14,542 bases of DNA from Elainellaceae cyanobacterium (lineage in GTDB: Bacteria > Cyanobacteriota > Cyanobacteriia > CAZCXK01). This document shows, in pieces, positions 8,261-14,542 of this stretch. Under the pieces are notes generated by a model, which was not told where the DNA came from, searched no databases, and saw only the letters and a list, made by a program, of their open reading frames with translations. Location: the NCBI GenBank assembly GCA_051117555.1, contig JBNPEG010000151.1, forward strand, positions 1-14,542, in the 5' to 3' direction. Position 1 is the stretch's first letter. Every line of letters begins with the position of its first letter. The position numbers were made by a program, and so were the translations under genes.

Positions 8261-8882
8261 CTGACGGGCGCCTTCGTTTTGATTTGGCTGAAGATCGGAT
8301 TGCTCTCGATTCGATCTTAAATTCGGGAATATCCCAGAGTTCGGTGGTGCTGAGCGCATACTGTTCACAAACCAGGCTCAAACGGGTTCCTGGTGTTTGC
8401 ACCGTCGTGACTGAATGAGTTAGATCTCCTTGAAAAAAAAGCAGCGTGTTGACGCAGGGTTTAATGCGCTTAACCTGCTTCTTTCCCTGACTTAGAACTA
8501 ACGTTCCTCCACTCAAATTAGTAGGCACTTGAATATACAGCACGCTTACAACTACGGGTGGAGCGACCGTTTTGCAGTATGACCGCAGCGATCGGTCGAT
8601 GTGAGGATCAACGCGAGAGGCTTGATTGAGCAACAGGGGGTTGAGATAGAAAGCGTTACAGCTCGGCTGTAGGGCTTGATCTAAATAACTCTTAAAGAAG
8701 GGAAACGTGCGTTCAACGGTTGGTAATCCTGACCGTTGAAAGACGACAGAAAACCCTTTAGTGGCAATAAAGTCTCGGTTAAGGTTGTTGGTTGCAAAAT
8801 ACGGACATGCCTGAATTTCTCCCTGCAAATCTTTGAGATAGGAGTCGGGGAAGGCGTCAAGATTTTGGCGAACGTAATTCAA
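8253..8882 (-). CDS. 2OG-Fe(II) oxygenase superfamily protein
   Basis: 209 aa with HxD (PHID), the VSVLY strand, GGTLVL, distal His (GDLTHSV) and the RLS 2-oxoglutarate-binding motif. Confidence 0.85.
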   Translation of the reverse strand: MNYVRQNLDAFPDSYLKDLQGEIQACPYFATNNLNRDFIATKGFSVVFQRSGLPTVERTFPFFKSYLDQALQPSCNAFYLNPLLLNQASRVDPHIDRSLRSYCKTVAPPVVVSVLYIQVPTNLSGGTLVLSQGKKQVKRIKPCVNTLLFFQGDLTHSVTTVQTPGTRLSLVCEQYALSTTELWDIPEFKIESRAIRSSAKSKRRRPSAR

Positions 8883-8952
8883 TGGATGTCTGACTCAGTG
8901 CACACAGCTAATTTTCCTATCCTTACTGCATTTGTGACAAACTATCGATGGA

Positions 8953-9567
8953 TTACCATCCCATCAGCGAATAAAACGAGCGGGATTCGGAGGCGGATTG
9001 TAGTTGCTCAGGGCTTAGATCTCCCTGATTGACCGTAGAATCCTCTGCGTCGATTCGGGATTCAGCACAAAAGGATGCCGTGCTAAATCCGCCAAATCGT
9101 TTTACTGTACTGCTTCTCAATCGTAAGTTTGGACTTGCGAACCAAAATCGCTCGATAGAACTCATTGTTTCATAGTCGGTGACCAGCACCATGCCGCCTT
9201 CATCGTCGATGTGATATCGACCAATAATGGGGACAATTTCTGCATAGCCTCGTTCGCGCAAGAGCCGCCCCTGTTGAGGATTTCCCGGATCGGGTACGAG
9301 GGCAAAAACGGTGGTTCCTTGATGGTTATCGTCTTCCCGATCCCATGCCATTGACCCTTGCCACTTCACAAATGCTCCGCCGCTTGCCAAAGACGGATCG
9401 ACATCGTGTAATTGGCAAATTTCGACGACTTTGGGATGGTCAGCCGGAAAGGCTTCGACCCAAATTTCAGAATCTCCTGTTTCTGATCGCCTAAAGGGTA
9501 AATGGTGGGTCGTGCGTTGCGATCGCCACTGACCAGCACTGAGCTGAAAAAATTCCATTGCATCCAT
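8953..9567 (-). CDS. cpcS: Phycobiliprotein lyase, CpcS/CpeS family
   Basis: N-terminus MDAMEFFQLSAGQWRSQRTTHHL, LLRERGYAE, ERFWFASPNLRLRSS, FSTASFCAESR and C-terminal GW. GGAG Shine-Dalgarno upstream on the minus strand. Confidence 0.88.
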   Translation of the reverse strand: MDAMEFFQLSAGQWRSQRTTHHLPFRRSETGDSEIWVEAFPADHPKVVEICQLHDVDPSLASGGAFVKWQGSMAWDREDDNHQGTTVFALVPDPGNPQQGRLLRERGYAEIVPIIGRYHIDDEGGMVLVTDYETMSSIERFWFASPNLRLRSSTVKRFGGFSTASFCAESRIDAEDSTVNQGDLSPEQLQSASESRSFYSLMGW

Positions 9568-10097
9568 TCGGACAGGCTCCTAGAGACTAAAGCGTTGCAA
9601 AGACATTTATTATACGGTGCTCTTTTCCATCATAAAACGGAGAGGACAGCCCCGTTGGAGACACGAGGTAATCGTTTCGTCCAAAAGATCCGTATTTTTG
9701 CTGAAGTTTTGAACGTGTCCGGGTTACGTAGACTCAAAATGAACAGGCGGGAATCTTGAAACTTCGCACGTAATTCTACGTCTATAGGATCGGGCAATTT
9801 GTCTACCCGCTTAAAGTTTCCGTAAAGGGATAGTCCGTCCCTTTGATCTGTAGCGGTCTTGCTCACAAGATAGAAGATAGAAACAATCTGACCGTGATCA
9901 TACTGAGTTCTATGAGGGGTTGAGTGTCGTGTACTATCGCCGGACAACTCGTCAACGGTGATCACGGGTGCCTGATTACGTCGCACATTCAATGACGCAT
10001 TCACTAATCTGGGGGCTAAGATTTCTCTCGTTTCTAGGCATTGCGTTTGTCGTTGAGTCGAGCAGACCATCTTAGGAAAAAAGGAATGATAAGGCGC

Positions 10098-11504
10098 ATG
10101 CGTTTGCCCAACCGATATTCGATTGCGGGTAGTTTGGTTAGCCTGACTGTCTTCTGGGGGCAATGTTCACTTGCCGCTGGTTTGATGAGTCTGGTTTCGG
10201 TCGTTCCAGTACTTGCACCTGAGAGCGAGATGACTCAAGCAGCCATTCGCAACCTTAGAAACGACGTGCAGTTGCTGCCCTTCGAGAAAACGACTCGACC
10301 TGCCAAAATCGATGACATCGTGCGCCCCCTCGACGCTGTGCGGACGGGCAAAATTTCGATGGCTGAGCTTTTGTTCAATCAAGGGACACTGTTGCGGATT
10401 GGCTCCAACAGCCTTTTTCGATTTGCACCCCGAAAACAGCCAATTAATATGGATGCCAGCGGCATCCGAGCTAGCGTCGACTTGCACATGCAAGACGGCA
10501 TTGCTCTAGTTACCGTGCCGCCTACGCCTACAGCCAATGCAGCAGCCTTAGAGATAGAAATGCCGGGAAGCCAGATCCAGGTTTTACCCGCCGCGATCGC
10601 CCCAGATTCCAGCAAGTCTGAGGATCAGTCTGAAAAAGTGCTGGCAATGCATGATGCTGATTTAAAAGCTGATTACGTGATCGCCTTATCAGACGGTGAA
10701 ATTACAGTCACAGATGCTAGCGGACAAAATGCCGTTGCGGTGCCAGTCGGTCATCTCGTTACCGTTGTGAATGGCTCGGTTCAGTCGCCTCAGCCCGTTG
10801 ATCCGGTAAAATTCGTCCAAACGTCTAAGCATCCCGAGTTCCCCATCGAAGATGCAATCAGTGCTCCCGCCGATCTGCCAGTCTCTGTCAACCCAGCAGC
10901 CAGCGGTGTTCCTGCGCCTCTCACGCCTCCAGATGCACTGGCGGAGCAGCCAAAGGACATCGCTAACTTACCTCCTGTAGTCGAGCCGCCTCTGCAATCA
11001 TCGTCCAAACCTAGCCCAATCATTGAGTCTCTAAACATTCCAACCGAGATGCCAACGGCTTCAGCCCCCTCTGCGCCGCCGGATGATCGTCCCAAACTTG
11101 ACGCCCCGTTTTCCCTAGACACCCCCACTGAAGATGGCCCCTTTGAGCCGTCGCTGTCGGCTCCTGGCGTGAGTCCTCCCACCAAGCAGGGGGATATGTC
11201 TGGTAAACCGCCGTATCAGCCTCTCGTCATCCCTCCTACAGGCGCACCTAAAATTGGCTTTGCTTCTCCTGACATCTTTTGGAAGCCCGACAGTGGGACC
11301 TTTTTGTTTCCTGACTCGCTAAATCCGCCTGAGAGCGGCTCAAATCCGTTTCCTGAGAAAATAGCACCATTTCCTGATTTCGGCGAGGAGTGGGATAGCG
11401 ACCCCGCTGAGTCGATTCCTGAACCCTCCACTCAATGGGGATTACTTGCTGGAGCGCTGGGTTGGGCCGGATATCGACTCTGGCGATCGCACCGAGGTCG
11501 TTGA
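10098..11504 (+). CDS. Secreted FecR-like domain protein with Pro-rich stalk and PEP-CTERM sorting signal
   Basis: Hydrophobic N-terminus; FecR-like VRTGKISMAELLFNQGTLLRIGSNS; long Pro/Ser/Asp-rich region; C-terminal IPEPST, hydrophobic stretch and basic tail (RLWRSHRGR). The start is uncertain (ATG 10086 or 10098, or TTG 10041). Confidence 0.75.
   Translation: MRLPNRYSIAGSLVSLTVFWGQCSLAAGLMSLVSVVPVLAPESEMTQAAIRNLRNDVQLLPFEKTTRPAKIDDIVRPLDAVRTGKISMAELLFNQGTLLRIGSNSLFRFAPRKQPINMDASGIRASVDLHMQDGIALVTVPPTPTANAAALEIEMPGSQIQVLPAAIAPDSSKSEDQSEKVLAMHDADLKADYVIALSDGEITVTDASGQNAVAVPVGHLVTVVNGSVQSPQPVDPVKFVQTSKHPEFPIEDAISAPADLPVSVNPAASGVPAPLTPPDALAEQPKDIANLPPVVEPPLQSSSKPSPIIESLNIPTEMPTASAPSAPPDDRPKLDAPFSLDTPTEDGPFEPSLSAPGVSPPTKQGDMSGKPPYQPLVIPPTGAPKIGFASPDIFWKPDSGTFLFPDSLNPPESGSNPFPEKIAPFPDFGEEWDSDPAESIPEPSTQWGLLAGALGWAGYRLWRSHRGR
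11417..11501 (+). other. PEP-CTERM exosortase sorting motif
   Basis: PEPSTQWGLLAGALGWAGYRLWRSHRGR at the extreme C-terminus. Confidence 0.75.
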
Positions 11505-11654
11505 TAGTTTCGTGTGTCGACTGGGACGGTTCTTGAAGCGACGAACACAGTCTTTAATCATCAGTCAGGTTAGATTGAACAACGAGCGGCATTGAGTTGC
11601 GGTTGTGAAGCGGTGATGGCGATCGCCAGAGTCAGGGTCGATGCTGGAGCACAC

Positions 11655-12773
11655 ATGAGACATATCCATATTATTTTTCTTGGGTTCATGGCAGGCAGCC
11701 TAGTATCCTGTATCCAGCAGATGGATATCTCTAAGGTTTCATCGATCATCCCAACCCATTCGTTTGAAAAGGAGACGGCTGTTTCATCGCCCGCTATGGA
11801 TCACACTATTCTTCGATTTGACTACGCATCTGATTTCTCGGAAGGCTTGGCAGTCGTTCGCCGTCATGATTCTGCTGATGCGTCTTCGATTCCATCGGAT
11901 CAATTTACGTATATCGATCAGGCGGGTAACACCGTCCTCACGATTGATCCTGGATGGGACGGGGCGTCTCCTTTTTCTGATCAAAGGGCTCTGGTCAAAG
12001 TCCGCGATTTTTATGGCTATATCAACCGTGATGGGGATATTGTTGTTGCGCCCCAATATCCCAGTGCGCTCCCCTTTTCAGATGGTTTAGCGGCAGTTCG
12101 CACGGGCACGAAGTATGGCTATATTGACCAAACGGGTGCTCTCAGCATTGAACCCCAGTTTGATCTGGCAACCGAGTTTGCTGAAGGGCTAGCTGCTGTT
12201 CGGGTTGAAAATCGATACGGGTATATCGACGTGACAGGTCAGTGGATCATTCAGCCCCAATACGAAGATTCATGGGAGTTTTCGGAGTCTCTGGCTGGAG
12301 TTCGCCTTAATCGTCGATGGGGATATATCAATCCAGCAGGCGAGGAGATCATTGAACCCACTTGGGATGGCGCATTTGCCTTTTCTGAATCGCGAGCCCG
12401 CGTTCGGAGAGGCGGTGAATGGGGCTATATCGACCCATCCGGGGTGCCGATTATCGAACCTCAATATGCCTTTGCCTCCGACTTTTCTGAGGGGCTTGCT
12501 GCGGTGCTAATCGATGGCAAATGGGGCTACATTGACGCAACAGGCACCCTAATCATCCCACCGAGATTTAGCTACGCGTCTCCCTTCTCAGACGGGCTAG
12601 CGACGGTTCAAGTCGATGGTCAGTTTGGCTATATCAACCGCTCTGGGGAGGTGGCAATTCAGCCGCAGTTTACCAATGCCGGGTCGTTTTCGGAAGGATG
12701 GGCGTGGGTCGAGATCGATGGACAACGCAGCTACATCAACCCTCGTGGAGAATTTTTGAAACATACTGAGTAG
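11655..12773 (+). CDS. WG-repeat (WG beta-repeat/KWG-type) protein, probable lipoprotein
   Basis: About 9 repeats of ~37 aa, F(S/A)(E/D)GLAxV....(Y/W)GYI(D/N)xxG. Starting at ATG 11655 (GGAG at 11646-11649) gives MRHIHIIFLGFMAGSLVS-C, a signal peptide with a lipobox. Confidence 0.85.
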   Translation: MRHIHIIFLGFMAGSLVSCIQQMDISKVSSIIPTHSFEKETAVSSPAMDHTILRFDYASDFSEGLAVVRRHDSADASSIPSDQFTYIDQAGNTVLTIDPGWDGASPFSDQRALVKVRDFYGYINRDGDIVVAPQYPSALPFSDGLAAVRTGTKYGYIDQTGALSIEPQFDLATEFAEGLAAVRVENRYGYIDVTGQWIIQPQYEDSWEFSESLAGVRLNRRWGYINPAGEEIIEPTWDGAFAFSESRARVRRGGEWGYIDPSGVPIIEPQYAFASDFSEGLAAVLIDGKWGYIDATGTLIIPPRFSYASPFSDGLATVQVDGQFGYINRSGEVAIQPQFTNAGSFSEGWAWVEIDGQRSYINPRGEFLKHTE

Positions 12774-12786
12774 GGCGATTTGCGGT

Positions 12787-12821
12787 GATTTGAGCGATCG
12801 CTCCCACATAACGCTCAAATC
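12787..12821 (+). terminator. Inverted repeat after the WG-repeat gene
   Basis: GATTTGAGCG (12787-12796) and CGCTCAAATC (12812-12821) form a perfect 10-bp stem with a 15-nt loop, 13 bp after the stop. No U-tract on the + strand. Confidence 0.35.
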
Positions 12822-13051
12822 CCTCCAAACTCCTATAAATTCTCCTATAGACAGAAAACCGTAACGATTAGGGACGGCAACCCTCCCGGCAACCCTATGC
12901 AGCACCTGTTAACAACTATTAAGATTTATAAAAGGGGGATTTGATTTAAACGCGTTCATTTCGAGAACTAGGCTTTTCTGATAGCACATGACGGGTCTAG
13001 AAGTGGACAGGGTTTAAGTTGTCCCATATCTGATTGAATGGAGATTCACGT

Positions 13052-13456
13052 ATGACAGCTAAGGTTCAAAAATCTGACCAAGAATGGAAAGAGCAGCTCA
13101 CGCCTGAGCAGTTTAAGGTGACTCGTAAGAAGGGAACTGAGCGCGCATTTTCGGGCGAATATTGGAATAATAAGGAATCAGGTACTTACAAGTGCGTCTG
13201 TTGTGGGACTGAGCTGTTTAGTTCAGACACTAAGTTTGACTCTGGAACGGGCTGGCCTAGCTTTTGGGCACCGATTACAGACGAAAATATCGATCTCGAA
13301 GACGATCGCAGCTTGTTTATGAGCCGAACTGAGGTCTTATGTGCAGCCTGCGATGCCCACCTGGGGCACGTCTTCAATGACGGGCCGCAGCCAACCGGCC
13401 AGCGCTATTGCCTCAATTCTGCCTCACTTACGTTTGAACCTGATGAGTCAGAATAG
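13052..13456 (+). CDS. msrB: Peptide-methionine (R)-S-oxide reductase
   Basis: [17 protein letters not shown], Zn-binding CVCC and [25 protein letters not shown] and catalytic RYCLNS. ATG 13052 with GGAG at 13040-13043. Confidence 0.96.
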   Translation: MTAKVQKSDQEWKEQLTPEQFKVTRKKGTERAFSGEYWNNKESGTYKCVCCGTELFSSDTKFDSGTGWPSFWAPITDENIDLEDDRSLFMSRTEVLCAACDAHLGHVFNDGPQPTGQRYCLNSASLTFEPDESE

Positions 13457-13482
13457 GGAGACTTCGTTTAGAATCTAGGGTT

Positions 13483-14010
13483 TTGGGTGACGTGGTCATT
13501 TCGAGCGAAATCCAATGTTCAGTCCACTCACCCAATGCGTTTATTCAAACGCATCTTCGTCGGCTATTGCCCGATTGGACGGTTCCAGTTCTGTCGGTGC
13601 TGATTGTGCTCCAGCGACCATGCGTCAGCCTTGTGAGTCATACATCAGATGCTGAAAGCAGCAAAGACACCCTGCGCGATCGCTTCATTGCGCTTGGCTA
13701 CGACGTTGTTCATCGATTAGAAGAACGCGGGTATCTCGCAGACTTATTTGATCCGCGTACTGGATTTCCGCTGCTCTCATTGCCGGGGTCTATCCGGTTA
13801 GATGACGTGGCAGTGGCTCACTCAATGTTGGGATATGACAAGGCAGATGTTGGCGGCTGTATTAGTCTCCTCCATCCCATTTGGGGGCAAACGGTGTATC
13901 CGTCTACGTTGGTATCGTCTGCGCGTCCCTATCATCTCGCGCAGGTCGTCGCCGCTTCGTTGGGCGATCGCCCCCCCACAAGCAATCATTTGGAGTATGT
14001 GTTTAGATAG
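13483..14010 (+). CDS. MMADHC/CblD-like protein (methylmalonic aciduria and homocystinuria type D family)
   Basis: KDTLRDRF, GYLADLFDPRTGFP and GGCISLLHPIWGQTVYPSTL resemble the C-terminal motifs of the MMADHC family. The start is uncertain (TTG 13483 or GTG 13492). Confidence 0.7.
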   Translation: MGDVVISSEIQCSVHSPNAFIQTHLRRLLPDWTVPVLSVLIVLQRPCVSLVSHTSDAESSKDTLRDRFIALGYDVVHRLEERGYLADLFDPRTGFPLLSLPGSIRLDDVAVAHSMLGYDKADVGGCISLLHPIWGQTVYPSTLVSSARPYHLAQVVAASLGDRPPTSNHLEYVFR

Positions 14011-14027
14011 CGGAGTGCCTGTGCGGT

Positions 14028-14432
14028 TTACCATGTCCAATCGTCGGGTGGCTTTTTAGAATACCACCAGTTTTTCAGCGGTGGGGAAAGCTTCGACCAA
14101 TAGAGCGTCATCACGAAAGAATTGCGGGATGGCTCTTGGCCTAAAATTTCAACCGAGTAAGACGGCGCATTTCTAGCAGCAATGTCGGCAATAAAACGCT
14201 TGCCGATGCGTCTCCAACTGGGTTCCTTACTTCGCCATTGAATCCGGCAGCACGGCCAGGGCAGTTCGTCTCGATCGAATAGCCGACAGCACGGCCCCAT
14301 CACACGATACGTAAAATGCCCGCCTGGGCTATGAAAAATGTGGCCCGATGGAAATGGATGGAGTGAATCAATCGGGTCAGGTGGCGTAATGGACGATGAG
14401 TTTTTACCAGTCGTCGAGTTTGAGATAGGCAC
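14028..14432 (-). CDS. Hypothetical protein (Cys/Trp-rich), likely conserved in cyanobacteria
   Basis: 134-aa ORF converging on the preceding gene with a 17-bp gap; GPCCRLFDRDELPWPCCRIQW..KEPSWRRIG. The GTG start is uncertain. Confidence 0.65.
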   Translation of the reverse strand: MPISNSTTGKNSSSITPPDPIDSLHPFPSGHIFHSPGGHFTYRVMGPCCRLFDRDELPWPCCRIQWRSKEPSWRRIGKRFIADIAARNAPSYSVEILGQEPSRNSFVMTLYWSKLSPPLKNWWYSKKPPDDWTW

Positions 14433-14542
14433 GCTGCTTTTTCCGATTGAGAATGGGAGGCACGATAAATTGAGCCCGAGTAGGATTCAAGTCTTGTGAG
14501 TCTTTTCGTAATTTTAAGCCAAAAATTCGAATGAAATTAGGA

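Larger units (their letters stand above)
520..13971. repeat. Dispersed HIP1 octamers (GCGATCGC), about 18 copies
   Basis: Read by eye at 520, 822, 981, 1667, 2261, 2655, 2854, 4307, 5970, 6248, 6522, 9519, 10593, 11483, 11619, 12794, 13676 and 13964. This is a hallmark of many cyanobacterial genomes. Confidence 0.9.

Noticed and set aside
8222..8882. Possible frameshifted adenylyl cyclase domain after the GAFs
   Set aside because: The downstream DNA is occupied by an intact opposite-strand 2OG-oxygenase gene, and no sizeable + strand ORF with cyclase motifs follows.
9568..10097. NtcA box (GTA-N8-TAC) in the long intergenic region
   Set aside because: I checked the GTA occurrences by eye and none had TAC at the right spacing.
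9630..10163. 177-aa minus-strand ORF
   Set aside because: No recognisable motif, atypical composition, and it overlaps the start of the FecR-like gene; probably spurious.
10790..11431. Gly-rich minus-strand ORFs (131 aa and 71 aa)
   Set aside because: Antisense shadows of the Pro-rich region on the + strand.
11830..12760. ~111-bp periodicity resembling an array
   Set aside because: Explained by degenerate WG protein repeats. There are no identical repeats with unique spacers, so it is not a CRISPR array.

Overview
Cyanobacterial chromosomal DNA, judged from about 18 HIP1 GCGATCGC octamers and a CpcS-type bilin lyase. There are eleven credible CDSs: a LonC-type protease; an HD-domain hydrolase divergent from a two-gene AAA_35 (STAND-like P-loop) unit; a 2OG-Fe(II) oxygenase; cpcS; a FecR-domain/Pro-rich/PEP-CTERM protein; a WG-repeat lipoprotein; msrB; an MMADHC(CblD)-like protein; and a Cys/Trp-rich hypothetical protein. 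The most interesting locus is 3078-8260. It combines an HD protein with class-I-phosphodiesterase-like motifs, an HTH-AAA_35 protein with a degenerate Walker B, and an AAA_35 protein fused to a CyaB2-type tandem GAF module that has no cyclase domain. I infer this may be a cyclic-nucleotide-sensing NTPase/transcription module, with a candidate palindromic operator in the shared promoter region. A ~119 bp TA-flanked MITE-like element and REP-like hairpins lie between the protease and HD genes. Family assignments come from motif recognition only; no searches were run.
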